A DNA stretch of 64,000 bases, from NCBI GenBank assembly GCA_964035545.1, contig OZ037770.1, positions 12,080,642-12,144,641 on the forward strand, given 5' to 3'. A program made the translations under genes and the position numbers. This document shows positions 37,471 to 52,380 of the stretch, in pieces. This DNA is from Bugula neritina (lineage: Eukaryota > Animalia > Bryozoa). Below the pieces are notes generated by a model. The model worked only from the letters and a program-made list of their open reading frames with translations. It did not search any database and was not told the DNA's origin. Each line of letters starts with the position of its first letter. Within the stretch, counting starts at the first letter, position 1.

Positions 37471-40400
37471 CGCTTACTGCAGTTTTTGGTGAGAAGATAA
37501 CTCCACTACATTGTCATTAGCTTGCAAAAAAGAGAATATAATTCTCTAATAAAATGCCATTGTTAACCTAAAAATAGCAATTACTTGTTTGATGTTTTTT
37601 ATGGCTTTATGGATGTTTGGATGAGTATAAGCGAATTATTTCATTATATTTTGTTTCAAGGCATATTGATTTTGAACTTTAAAACGCAGCTGCAAATAAA
37701 TTCCATACATTTAAATTGGTATTCAAATTAAAATGCTCTACACAATTCAGCTAGGCGCATCTAAATTTTAAGCCAATTTTACATAAAATAGAAATTGCCT
37801 TCTATTTACGCTTATTATTTTAACAATGCTATAAAGCAATATTAAATAAATTGCATTATATCTAGTTACATCTACAGAGAGAGATGCCATGGAGTTGTGA
37901 TAATATGATCAATATAATCAACAACTTATTTCCAAAATGTGAACACCACAAACTGTTGCAATTTTTCGAAATTAATAAATATTTCCATGATTGCCACTTG
38001 ATCAGTAAGCAATGTAAGTTACTTAGTAATACTATGCTATGCACACAATGCAGTCTGATTCAAAGGCTGTTGACTTCACTTATATTTTTATTCAAGTACA
38101 CAGTTACTAAAGCTGAGTCGATGCACTTGGAAGTTTATTGATACACAAAAAGTAATTTTCAATAAAAAGGTACTGTACCATTTCAAAAATATTTTATGTA
38201 GAATGTCTTTAATACTCTGCAGCACTTTCTAAATAATTTCATAAGTAGCCATGCATAGGGATGTTGAAGATGCAGACTGCAAGTAATTATGAATAAATTA
38301 TCAGGGAGCGACTAATTAAAATGGCAAAAGTATTGCATAATTTAGTCTAGAAAATTGATCATGAAGTAAAATTAACATGTTATATGCAAAATTTAACATG
38401 TTATGCAAATTTTAAAAATGATTTATTTGACATAAAGCACAAATTTTACACGTTCAAAAATCAACGTGGCAAAAATTATTGGTTTTAACAGTTTACTCAT
38501 TTAAACTGTATGAAAGCTGTTGTACTACTATAACTGCATACCATACTAGCTGAATGTATATTTCTGTTATCACTTATAGTCATTGTCAAAATTTACCTCT
38601 GCAAAACTATTTTTATGCTGCAGGTGCAGGTCATGTGTTATACAGGCTGTTTTGCTCAGTCAAACTTATGAAATCATACATCTGGGTTGGCATGTCTAGA
38701 TATAGTTACATTACTTCAAGGTCAAAATATGTTTTTCATTTTTGAACCATCAAAATTCCTTACAAATGATAATAGCGTTTAAAAATAGCATAAATAGTTT
38801 TTTATTATAATCAATGGTTTGTTAGTCATTCAGAGTGAAGGGTGGCCCTGTAATAAATAATGTGAAGATGACTGTTTTAATTAATTAGCCAGTCATAATA
38901 ATTTTTGCTGTAAAAAACAAGGTACCACAGTAAATGTTTTTAACCATCTCGTGAATTTATCTCAATGGCTTTTGACCGAATCATGAAATTTCTCTTGCCA
39001 GCCATCCTGGGTGTGGGGCTTCTTAACTCACAGACGTAATTATTTATGCATTTTGAGACACATAATATAGTTACCATCAAACTGTGCGACCACCAACAGG
39101 GTATTTGAGTAACAATTGGTTTGGCTTTGCTGGCTATGCTTTTGGCACGATAGTTACAGTATGCAAGCAGTTGGTTATGATAAAACAAAAACAACAAAAG
39201 TAAATTTAGCAAATAGAATACACAGATTTTTATTTTCTGGTAACCAATCTTGCTGTTTTTATTTAAAAAACAAAGGGCCTTGTTACATCAGTTATTATTT
39301 GAGTTGTTTCTACATAAATTTCTATCACCAGTTATAAGATTGGTGTCTTGCACAAATAAAGGATTTGTTTTTCCTTGTGGTTAAGAAACTCTGAAAGGTC
39401 ATGAATTCCCTTGCAATAAGTTGAAGCCAAGCTTTACAGTTTAAACTGTGAAAGCAATGGAAACATAAATGCCTGAAGTAGCTTTTTCTAATGCCTACAA
39501 GCCAAATAACTAAAGTATATAGATGTGGGAAATGACAAGCTAGTTTAAACCTCTTTGCAGCGGCTACTGGTATTAATTGATACAGTTTCAATTTATCGGT
39601 ACAGTCTTATACCACTATGGAAATCAAATGTCAGTTATTATTGCTGTTATGTCAATGCCAGTTGGAATTAACCTAAAATCTGCCTGTCGAGCATTTCGAA
39701 TCATAAAATCAAAATATTCAAAATGTTATTTGTATTTCTACAAATAATGGCTACAAATGCATGTCCTTTTCAAAAGGAAATCTGAAGAATGGCAATTAAA
39801 CAAGACAATAAATATAAATGCTCAATTGACCATATTGGAACTATTTTATTTTTAACCAAGCTGATATAGTGTCTAAACTGACTTAGTCTTTGTTAACATC
39901 TTGAATGGTAAAGGTTTTAGACAGGCTAGGCTGTGTCCCTCACCATGTTCTGAGGCTAATCTAAAGTGGCACGTGATTGACCAAATGCTCTTCCCGACAT
40001 CACCATAATGTTTGACACACTGAGCCAGTGCCCTAACCTAACCCTCATGTAAAACATAATATTATGGACATTGCTAGCCTACCCTCATATCATACTGAGT
40101 ACTGAGTATGCATATTTTAGAGTTGTTAAACTTTATTATTATTACATAAAGTAAACTTTGTATTGTAAGCACTGGGTTTGTGGTAAGGATTCTAAAACTG
40201 CTTTGTGGTTAATTTTTAGTGCAATTGTTTCTTGTTTAAACAACAAGATACTGTGGAATTAATTCCTTTCCCTATGAGAATATGAAAATAACTGTATACT
40301 ACTTCATTGCAAATATTACTCTGTGTAGTAGATTGCATCTAGCAAAATGATGCAGCAGCTAAATAAAGGATGTAATTACGTGTAACTGCTTTTAAATAGT

Positions 40401-43400
40401 AGATTATATGCTTTCTTGTTATATTGTATTACGAAATTGGTCAACATATAAACAATACAAATACTATCCATAATCTGGCCAAAGATTATACATAATCATG
40501 CCAAAGACTATATACAGTAAAAGCAAAGCAAATACTATATATATGACCAGAAACTTGTTAATGATGTCAACACACCTGTTCTAGGCTGCTGACTACATAG
40601 CATTGAGGTATCCAGGGAAATTTTAATAGCATAAGTTCTTAAATTTTTTTAATAAGATTTGGTTTGAAGCAAGAGTTGAAACTCTCACAAAAACATAGCT
40701 CTGCCACGACTAATAAAAAATTATTATTCATTCATTTGAATGTGATAACACAGAATCAACCATGTACAACAACAAAATAACAATCATTCATTATGATACT
40801 GAAAAACTGCCTTTATTAGTGGGTAGATAACTCTTAAAGCTAACCTTGACAGTAGAGCTTAATGATGGCTGCTTCAAGCTATTATATTTACCTCTTTTTA
40901 AATTCAAATAACTTAATAGCATCATTTATATAGGATATACAAGGTAAACCCAACTTCTTCCTAAATAATCCTGGTGACCTTCAACTTTTTTTAGCAAAGT
41001 GGAAGATGCGGGGAAAGTTGCTGTTTTTCATATCAACATACAGGCTCCAATATTGTGTTATATTTTAACCTATACTATGTGCATATAAAGTAGCCTAGAT
41101 TTATCTGAAGAGTTTAGTTACCATCGCATAATTTATCACCTCTCTTGACTGCATATTAGTAGGCTAGAAATTAGGCTACAAGCTAGCCATTAAAATCGAT
41201 ATTATATATTTTACAAGAAATACAGTTTATGCATCAGCTGAATATATAGAGAGCTTTGGCTAGTCAAAGTACAAATGTTGTTAGTCAATTTATAGACAAG
41301 GTCGGACAAATCCTTTACATGAAAGTATTTTTAGTATCCACTGCTTACGTCTGTATTTATCAGCTTTAGTTTTGGGCGTGTGTTAACCTTTAGCAAGTTG
41401 TTTGAGCTTTGATCACTAATTATCACTCTGCATATTATATTTCAGGGAATAGGTGTGATAAGGTATATACAACTTTGTAAACACAACATTAAGGGGCAAT
41501 CAGTTGGGTACATAAAATATTATTCTGTTGCATGATAGTATTGACTATCTCTTATAGTATTATTAGCAATTTAGCTTTTTATTTTCTTTATAAAAATTGG
41601 TTTAGTGTGCAGGGTAAAATTTAGCAAAAGTACATAACTTCTTTTGCTAAATTTCTGCTCCAAAGCAAAGGTATTTTTTGCATAAAGGATCTAGTTAGCA
41701 GAACTAAATTTTAATGAAGACATTTTTATTTATAGCTTCACATAAAACATTTGCTAATGTGTATAGGTTACCAAATTGACAGGTTCAGCTCATAATATGA
41801 TGTCTCCGTTACAAACTTCGTAAAGTAATGCTAATGGCTTAGCTTTTACAATATTGCTGTTTAGTTTAGTAAAATTCTATCTCTGCTATATTTTATATTA
41901 TTTGCTGTACGTAAGGCTAGTAGCATCCATTATGTAGTAAACTAATTATATATTTTTACATATATTTTTATGCAGTTAACTATTTATATACTGTAAAATA
42001 ATATCATAACACAGCTTGAGCAAACAGGTGTTAATGCAGGGTAATGGCTTTTCACCATACACTATATATATTTTTACCTGTCAAACCACTGCACCACAGT
42101 TACTCTATTTGCAATACTATACCATAGAAATATCATTCAGAAATATTGACATATATATGTGAGATTATAAACTTGTTCAAAGTTTCAATAACTGCATTTA
42201 ATTATCTAACCTAATTATTCAATCTAGCTGTCACAGGAAAGAATAAATAATTGTTTTCACTATCAACTTTATCCATTTCGGAAAAAACACATTTTCATTA
42301 ATAAATTCGCATAACACTTACTTTGTATATCATTATGCATTACATAAATAATTTCCTTAAAGCTAGGGACTTGCAGTCATGTTAGTTGTAATCATATGAA
42401 ATGTGTTGTGTCATCATTCGTAACAGTCATGTTGACCGCAAAGGTACAGGAACGGGAGCAAAGTTCTGTTGAAGATAAATTTGTTTTGGAGTTGAACTTT
42501 AGCTCACCCATTATTCTTAACCTTAAACCTGCAGCGAGATAGTTTTGAATTCTTGTAAAGCCCAACTTTAGGAAAGGCCATAAGGCTACAAAAATCTACA
42601 AGTTTTCAACAATACTAAATCAGCTATAAGTATCTTTTTGATGCTATGTTTTCACCTACTGCTGATTATTGTTTTGTCTAAACGCTACAATATATTTTGC
42701 CTATAATTTGAGCATTATGCAAAAGTGAATATTATAGAAAAGAAAGGTGATGAGCCATAGATGGTAGAGTAATATCATTTGATTTTCAAACTCAAGTGAG
42801 CAAAGTCAATTTGGTAACCAAGTGAGTAAAAGATTTTAACAGCTCCAAAGACTTGGTATAATAAATGGTTTTTGCAGTCAAATGGTTTTTTGTCAATGGT
42901 AAAATATGAATAATTAATACTGTAGATTGATGCATTATCTGATAATATATTATTTCATTGCAATTTCAATTTCCAAATGATGTTAAATTAAATCAAATTA
43001 GTAGGTATCGTTATGCACAGCATGTTGATATATATAAGAGATGCAAATAACAGGTTTTATTTTTTATATTAAATTTATGGCGGTTATATTTTAGTAAGTA
43101 TAGAGAGTTGAAAGTCACAAATGAATGCACATACTCCTTCCAAATGCATGGCTTTAATTTGATGTGATTAGCTCATAATACTAACAAATATCAATGGACA
43201 ATAACTATAATATTACTCAAAGCATATAGATGTATGTTATTAGATAATTATACAAAATAGAAACCCCAGTATATCAAAAATATGGTTTTCCTCGCATTAA
43301 ATACAAATGTATCGACCCCAAATAATCGCACAAAAAGAATTTATATATTTATAGAGTTGTGTTTGTAACTCTAATAAACCTTCTACTTATATTAGGGAGT

Positions 43401-43831
43401 TACTATATAAGACATATTTTAGAGTGAACCACAAAATATTGAAATAGTTTGTGCATTAAAGAAATAAATTTGAAATAAACTCAACATTTTCATTTAATTT
43501 GGAGATTCCAAAAAGTAACAGTTTGCAGTCAATCCACTGCAGATTGTCATATGACAGCATGCATGCAATTAGAAATTTTTTTATTATAAATATTTGAATA
43601 GTAAAACTATATGATTGACAAGTTTTGATATTTTATTTTGTTTTAAACAAAGAACCAGAAGTAAAAATTGAATCACACGATTCTCGCATGAGGCACTAAA
43701 AGAGTTATTTTTAAATAAATTACACATAAAAGTATGTAGGTTTGGTGCAAAGGTGTGACAGGAAGCAGCGTTTAAAAACCAGCAAGTGTAAATAAACAAG
43801 ACATTGGACAGAATAATAATAGTTATTATAA

Positions 43832-46800
43832 TTAATTTCTTAAATGTTTTTTGTTTTTTCTGTGAAGATGTTTATGACCATGTCTGAGCTTTTCTTTGCT
43901 AAAGGTATTCAAACTTTCTTTGTTTGTTTTATAAGGAACTTTGAAAGTAGTCGTAGCTGGAGTTTTTATATAGGAACTATTCTTGGTTGCTTCTTCTAAA
44001 TAATTATTTAAAAGTCTATTTTCAATATTTTCTAATTTCCAAATATTAAGCATTTTCAACTTGTTTATTTCAGCCAAGGAGACTTTTCTCTCATCATCAT
44101 TCTTGGACACGTCTACCATCTTGTAAAGACTATTTAGATCTGATTGGCTAAAGTGCCTGGCTTGTTTACGTTTAGTCGAGCGAAGTGAACGCCGAAGACG
44201 AGGTTGATTTGCAGCTAATGGGTTGCAGTATTGCTCCAACTCTGTGACTGTACATATATTCAAACAGCACTCGCAGTAAATACCACTTTCAGTGTTCTGT
44301 CCTGCTGAAAACATGAGTAGGGAGTTGGCTTTCTTTGCGCTGATGAATACGTCATGGCCTGTTGAAGCTACAAAAACAAGAACAAAACTTGGAAAAACTT
44401 TTTCAGACATAAACAAAGCGTTCTTAATAGATGTTGTTCCAATAACTCTCCACCCTATATGGATTTTTGCGGTTTTGCACCAATTTGTTTTCGTATATCA
44501 ACAAAATAGTTTAGAGTCAAAATTGGTTGGATACGGTTTCTTAGCCTCTCAAACATAAATGACAAATTCAAAGTTTTGTAGCTAAGTTTGAAATTCCCTA
44601 TACATAAGAATGTAAATATATCGTTTATATGCTGGAAGAGTTTATTAACCGAGTGTCAAGCGTTTAAAGATATAATAATGTTTTGATAATTTTAGTTCAA
44701 CAACAATTCGGTCAGGGTGAGCCTAGCTTATAAATTCCGAGCAAATTTGTTTTCGTAATAATTTACAAAGTGAGGTTATCCAGACTCAAGTTATTTTGAT
44801 CTGAGGTAACTATAAAGAGTAGGGATATACATTCTTGTGGCAATTAAGTTAATGCTCAAAAAATTTTTAAGCTTCCAGGAAAAAAGTTAACAATGCAAAC
44901 TAACTGTGCTTTTCAGACTACTTTAAATCTGTTGTATACTTCTAAGTTTCTTTTTTGTAGTTATAATTGGCAGCTAAGTTTTCTCTTCTCAAAAGAGTGC
45001 GGAGCATGAACGGAAAATAGCAAAAGCCTGCATTTTAAATAGAGAAATAGCAAAATAAATTATATAACAAGAATTTTTATTTATTTCAAATTAAAATGTA
45101 TTTACTAAAATTAAGAAAAATATATTGAATTTTTTTGTTGGTACTCCAAAATATAAACATGTATATAAGTTTTAGCAGTTTGTTTCGTCTTATAATTTTC
45201 AATTGTATATATAATAATTTCATTGCATGGCAGTATTCAAATTCTTAAATTTCCCAATAAGCAACAAGACTTTATTTGGTCGTTCACGACCAAATGCAAA
45301 TGTATCATGTCATTTCCTACCGGAGAGTTGGTGAGTTTTGAAATTGATTTAGAAAAGTAAATTGGTTACTTGAAATTAATTGACCCCTAATTGTACAACT
45401 GCATTCAATACACTTGAGCAAATTTTTTAGAATTCAATATTAGGTATTTCTAATAAATTCAAGAAAAATATAGTACTTCTATAGCTATAGTAAGTATCAG
45501 CAGCTTTCAGTTTTAAGCAGCCGTAACTAAACATTTTATATCGAAAGGTAAACAACTTCCGTATAAACTTGTTATTATAAAAGTAAAGTATGGAAATTAT
45601 ATTTTTGACTTTTCTCTCAGTTGGTGATTGTGTAAAGCAAATGCCTCATATCCCACTACTGGCTTGTTTTAGAAGCTTGAAATGTACCCCCCCCCCCCAT
45701 TTGCGGTGTGCTGATTTAGAAGCAAGCAACAGCTATAGCCAACAAGAAGCCATAAATAAGCTAAGTTATTGTAGCTTTTAATTGCCAATAAAACTTAATT
45801 CCGATTTAATTCTAGCATTTCAAGGCCTGTGAAACCATGAAAAACATAATACATTATATAACTTCTGTTTAAAAACAAATTATACCATTACAGCTTAAAT
45901 CTGTGTAACCATACAAATATAATTTAACCAATGAAAGCATTCAAAAGAAGATTCATACAAAATCTAAGACCACAAAAGCAGAGCCCATAAAAACTGAGAG
46001 TAAATATCTTGACACAAGTGGTTATAAAGTCTCCATTACAGGTTACATATAACAACAGAATGTTAATTAATAGCAATTTTGGAATTTTGCAGGTATCTAA
46101 ACTTTGCACTTTTATGGAAGATTGATTGCTGCACAAATATTTTGTCTAGACAGTTAAAAAACCATATAAATTGTTTACAAAGCTTTTAGTTATCCAGTAA
46201 GATTATTTGTGATTATGTAGATTTGTTAGATGCTATGAATTCTAAGCCAGTCTTTTTTTATTGTGGTTTATAAATAGGAAATGTTGCACTGCAGATAATT
46301 CCATCACTGTGAGGCCACAATTAATTATATCAACTGGTTCACAGCTTTTCACTCTTAGAAATTATCCACCATTAAAATTTGTTTTGATTTTCAAAGTATA
46401 GCTCGTTTAACACAAAATCTTTTATAAGTATTCACTATAGCATTTCCTGCTAAATAAATTAATTATAGTAGATATACATAATATATATAAGGAGGGTATG
46501 TAAACAAAACTTAAACATTGTTATAGTTTATATAATATATAAACTATAACAATGTACATATTATGTACATAAGCTCTACTCTTACTATTGTGAGGTAAAA
46601 AATTGATGGCGCTTTTTGCAAAATGAGATTAATTTTAAGTTATTTCTTGTAATTATAAGTTTGCATAAACTATAATTTCAGCTTTTAAAGTTTTAAAACA
46701 AGTGCAAGTATATTCGAAATTTGATGAAAGTAAAAATAATTTATAAACTATTTTTATTCCAAAAGAATTTAATGTTAAAAATAGCTGCAAATGGCAACTA

Positions 46801-47938
46801 CCACAATCTAGAATTATGCAGGCCATGTTTTCTCTATAATGTTCATTTTGTTATGTTGGTTGGATCTAAATGTTGTGACTATTCATTTAGGTTTTTCAAA
46901 CTGAGGAAGGAATGGCTGGTTTTGGCAGACTATAGCACTAGTTTTTAACCCTTGAAAATACATATGACATTCACATTCGGCCATTTTGTGGTCTGTTTGT
47001 GCTAGTGGAATCACTTTTTAAACACCATGTAAAAACAGAAAGCAGATGTTTTGAAGTACAGATTACGTGACAAACATCATCCTATTCAGGTTAGTAAATT
47101 CTCGAGCACGTAATATCTAACAAATGTATTGTCTAAGAAAAATTCTTGCAGAAAATAAGATCCATTTAAAGGCAGCAATTTGGAGGTTATGTTGATGTAG
47201 CTGCTGACGAAAATACTTAGGAGTTATCTACTCTTTACGCTCACAACTAGCTAGAGCAGAGGTGGGCAAAGTTATTCTGCACAAGCTAGGTTGTTTGTAA
47301 AAAATGTTAAATAGTTTCACATGTTGCTGAATTTTATACAGGCATAATCAATAAAGAATAATAATTGCTGTCGCATCATGTTTTTTCAATGCATCTTCTT
47401 TCTCCTCTTATCACTACAAGCTGTTTAAAATATATTTGCTATTATTTAATAGGTATTACGAATCGGTTGTGGTTTGGGGTTGAAGAGTTTGTCTAGTAAG
47501 CAAGGAGTAATGGGTTCGAAACCCGATAAAGGCCATTGATGATGTAAGAAGAGCACCCAGTCATAATTGCTCCTGTGCCTCATATGAATAAGTCTTTAGC
47601 TTGATTTAAAATACCCTTTTCATCAGGGGTTTCTCACAGGGATAGTTACTATAAACTAGCATAAGAACATATACTAATGCCACACACATGTATATTACAA
47701 ATTTTATAAAAAATATGAGAGTTGTGCACTAACCTGTTACTCCGACATCCAGCACGGCCAACTGGGATAACCTTTCTGCTCCACACTTGTCATATATCAT
47801 GTTGGACAACATTTCGCCACAGAGGGTATAAGGTGACCGCACATCTGGCGGACAGGTGTGCTCAAAATCCGAATACACCGTTCCTACCAGCACGACTACC
47901 ATCACTAAGATCTCATGGCTACTTGTAAACAGCATCAT
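43832..47938 (-). CDS. Insulin/IGF-superfamily precursor, 8-Cys molluscan-insulin-like type with long basic C-terminal extension, about 246 aa
   Basis: Exon 47938-47734: signal peptide ..ILVMVVVLVGTVYS plus B chain DFEHTC..LCGEMLSNMIYDKC. Phase-1 intron. Exon 44367-43832: C region, A chain GIYCECCLNICTVTELEQYC, RLRR site, basic tail. An acceptor at 47954-47956 implies a further upstream exon. Confidence 0.9.
46515..46555. repeat. Perfect 20-bp inverted repeat with 1-nt spacer
   Basis: ACATTGTTATAGTTTATATA-A-TATATAAACTATAACAATGT, within the insulin gene intron. Confidence 0.9.
47458..47660 (+). mobile_element. tRNA-headed SINE with MetaSINE-like central core
   Basis: B box GGTTCGAAACC followed by GATGTAAGAAGAGCACCCAGTCATAA, which resembles the remembered Meta core (GTCAGGAAGGGCATCCGG). 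Family copies at 32566, 54120 and weakly at about 39930-40040. Confidence 0.65.
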
Positions 47939-50900
47939 GTGACTTCTATCGACCTGAAAAGAAAAATGCAACTACTAAATGTTTTTTACAAGTTAGAACC
48001 CTTTAGAGTTTTTTTAAAGAAATGTTCTAAAAGTTCCTATTTATTATAATTGTACGTTTATATGCTAGTGTTTTGCAAATTTTGAAAATTATAAGTTTTT
48101 AGTAGGTTTGGAACTTAGTTAATGAAGGAGCTTTAGCTTTTAATATGTAATCTGATTAGTGTGTTTATTGTAACAACATAATACTAATAAATTACCATGC
48201 TATACAGTATTTTTAGCTGGACAAGCTTTCTAGAAGAGCTATATAGAAGCATAGGTAATGCAGTATATCATATCATTAGCTATAGTGCAGATTATATATT
48301 ATCATATCATATATTATTATATTATATATCTTATTATATTATAGTTTTATACAATCATATGTATTTTTCATAATAAAATCAATATAGTTTAAATATTCAT
48401 TAATAATTATTGTAAATTGCTGTACCAAACCCCTAACAAAGATTCTGCAGGTTTTAGGAGTTTGCAGATATATGAGTGACAAAAAATATAAATAAAATAG
48501 ATTCAAACCCCTCTACTCTAATTTTAGTAAAGTATGTATATACACATTTGTAAAAAGGTTAGATATATCCAATGAAAAAATAACCCAAGACTGAGTTAGT
48601 TATACTGTATAGCCATGAATAACATGCCCAATTAAATTCCAAAACCCTTAATTCAATCATTTTTAGCTATTCTTAAAAAACTTTAATTCTCTGCTACACG
48701 ACTGCATGCATGTCTAATTTCAAATTTCTAAAGCCAACATTGATATTATATTTCCGCCAGCTTGAGCCGTGGCTATACTGGATAATTCTTAAATTATTTC
48801 CATGACAACACATTGTCGTCATGTCACGCATTACCACGTCATCTAACATCACCAGCAAAATATATTTTTCTATTCACTTCCACTATTTGTTTACAGCAAA
48901 ACCTCCACAATTGCGTCATTTACTGACACCTCAAATGCCACACTCCACACTTCACACCTACACCTACTGCCAATGCCGTTTTATTTTAATCGTGCACATG
49001 CTATATGAAGTGTCAAAGTATTTTTAGCTTGCTGTAGATCAAACTATCCACCTACATTTATCAAAACAAGTCATCTAAAAAAATCAAAAATCAGCAAAAA
49101 CCGCTATATTTTTAAACCTTCTTTTCATATTTGACAACCACAGTTGTTTAATCATAGTAAATAAAAATTGCATTGCATGCATGCTGTAAAGTGTATATAG
49201 TTAGAAGCTGTCATCTCTTAGTATGACATGCATAGAATTTCTAAACTTTGTGAAACCAGCGTTGAAACTGCAAAGACAGATGCAAGAAGATGGCATCTTA
49301 CTACACTCCATTACAACTTTTCTATAACTCAAAGCATAATATGTGCTGCATAATTCACTCAGTATTTCAGTTACTATAGATGGACAGTTAATGGAACGTA
49401 CTTTCTAATAATATGAGTGAAAAATGTTGTAAGAAAGAGTGCATTGAACTTATTACATAATATAAAAAACTACAGAATTCAACTTGGCCTGTAATTGATT
49501 TAAGCATTAGAACAGTTTTGGTAAATTTGTATTGTTGAGCTTTGTAAAACATTGAAAGATAATTAAAACAAGCATAACCTAGTGCAATATGATTTGATAA
49601 TCATTTTCTATAATTATGATCAATTGTTCTGATTTACTTTAATTGCTCATTTTAATAAAGCAAAAGTTTCAAAAACTCAAATTTGTGAAATGTTTTGCAG
49701 CTGCTCGGTTTTTTATCTAGTGTTCAGAAATTGTTTTAAAACATCTCATCTGGTGAAAAGATAGTTGCAGCACGTTTAACTGGTTCAGATTTCAGACTAA
49801 GCTTGCTTATACTTTATAAAAGAGAGGTTAAATGCTTTCCTTTCCTATACCGCAAAGAAATTATTTTATTTGTGAGTGCATCTGCTATAGCTCTACATCT
49901 AGGCAGTAGAAAGAAGGAGCTTTGATAAAATCATAATAAAACATTCAACAAAATATATTGAAGCTAGACATGGGGTTCATTGATATTTAGATAAATAAAC
50001 ATCCCCATAAAGCTGCTCACTAAATAAAACCTTGCAAAAGGTTGGTACAATAAACATAAAATATAGATTACCCTTTTAGAAGAACTACGTGGTGTTTTTA
50101 CTAACTCCTCCATATTGATAATACTATGGCTACACTAAATCATTAATATAGTATAATTAGTAACTAACCAGTCATACAGCTCTGTTTAATGTTTACTATT
50201 AACAGAGCTGTTAGTTTTCCACATCATCAATCTGAGAAATTGTCTGACCCTGAACTGGCACAGAGCTAGTATACATGTCTATTTGTTTTAGTTCAAGAAA
50301 GCTTTAGACTTTGTTAGTCTAAACTGAGCATTAATCTTAAAGAATGACAAGATTAAAAAGAAATTTTAAAAATTAAATTGTTTGAATAACGTTTAGTCTT
50401 ACTTTACACGTATAACTGACAAGCATACATCTGTAGAATCACTAATATTCAGTATAATATATAATATTATAATATATATTATATTTCATTAGGTTTATCC
50501 TTTGCATAGAATAAAAAGTGAGTTTAATTTAAAATTGAAATTTGAATAAGTAATGTAATTGGAAATTAATTTTTAATATTTTGCACTACATTAAGATACA
50601 AAAGATAAAAGTATGTTAGAGCAGTTCAATTAGTTATAATTTTTATATATATGGTAAATAATTAATTATTAATTAATAATTAATTAGCAAAACCAAAGAA
50701 AATAATTAAAAATAATCCAATATCATGATTATCAATGTAGCCAAATTTTAGCAGCCAATGTTAATACATGCATAAAGTTGAAGTGCTAGAAATTGTACTG
50801 AGATTTGGACAAAGGTACAAAGTGTAATTCTATGCAACTTTACCTATTGGTGTGTCTTCTATCTTGGACTTTGAAATGTGAAATGTGTTGACAAAACTGA

Positions 50901-52282
50901 AGTCTAACTCCTGATAATCTCTGCTTGCAAAAGTGAAAAATATTTATTTAACTTGTTTACAGGAGATAAGCAGTGAGCAGAGCCTTATGATTTGCAGCAC
51001 TATATTGCATAGCCCACCTTAGTCTCAGGTAGTTCAATAGCATTGGCTTGTTTACCACACACACCTCCAGCTATAGTGATTCAACTCTCTTATCCAACTC
51101 TGGTATTTCAAATGTTTGTTATCTGGTTTCATTCTTGCTTTTATATGTCGATTAGCAACTAAAGCCAAAAATCCTCTTTAGAATACAGTAAAAGCAGGGT
51201 GGACAAGAATGCAGCCCGCTTGACAGTAAGTGTAGGAATTAGTATAGTCTACTAAGATTTTATTGGCTGAACTAAGGAGCAAACTCTGTAACCAAGAATA
51301 GCAAAATTGGCCTTTGGATTTTCAAATAATGTTGACATTTTGCCAAATTGCATAAAAAATATCTACTTAGTTGCATACTTAGAAATGTTCTGTAATGTCA
51401 GGTGAATAAGTTGAGGGGACAATGAGCTAATAAAACAATAAATAGTGTAATAATAGCTAATCTGACAGGAAATGAATTGCATGAGGTAAATAAGTAGTTA
51501 CAGTTCAAGAATTAGCCACGCCCAGGAAGCAACATTGTTACTGCTGATCTATTAAACGTGAATGAATGTGTGTATTCAACCATAAAAAGAAACATGTATC
51601 ATTATCATTATGCTTTAGCATCAATGAATGAAATATGATCATGTTTGTTAGTATATCCAATAGCACTACATATGTTTAATCTACAGAAAAACACAAATAT
51701 AGCAAGAGCATTATTGAAAAGAATTCCATTCATTGATATTTTATGAGGTGTAATATAATTCTTTAAGTATACTTGAATATTTATATTATACTTTATAAAA
51801 TATTATTGGTTAAAAAATCAATAAAAGTTAATACTTTGTTTTATTATAAAAATATATTAATTTAAACACTTATACGTATAACATAGGCTACTGCATTGTA
51901 GTTTTAACTGTATTTTGGATCTTTATTATAGAAAAAATTCTGAGTAACGAATGCTTTTCAGTTGAAAACATCTCAAATTATTTTCATTCTTGGTTGGGCA
52001 ATAATATTTTTGTCTTACATGAAAATGTGATCAGCTACAGGGTGAAATATTTGGGAGATTGCCAAGAGTGTTGTTGAGTAGATGGATGCATGCGTGTCAG
52101 ACAAAATAGCTGGCAAAGAATCAAAATTTTGAGATAATAATAAAAAATATTATTATTGTTGCAACCTAACTGAATACGTCTTTTGAAATGATCATACGAG
52201 TTCCTTACATTGTTTAGATATTATAGGTTAAGTTTAGCTCTTTCATCTATTAACTATTTTCAAATCATGATGCAGCACATAT

Positions 52283-52380
52283 AGTGTTGAGATTTCCAAG
52301 TTGACTCTGTGGTGTAATGGTTAGCTCGCTAGCTTGCAAGTTAGAAATCCGAACTTTGATTTCAGGTGGAGACAACTATT
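52283..52380 (+). mobile_element. tRNA-derived repeat
   Basis: TGTGGTGTAATGGTTAGCTCG..TTGCAAG with decayed B box; same family as 9498 and 57730. Confidence 0.55.

Noticed and set aside
37862-43800. Short 60-90 aa ORFs between CDK11 and the insulin gene, and similar ones in 48000-58000
   Set aside because: AT-rich, no motifs, no splice-consistent partners; expected by chance.
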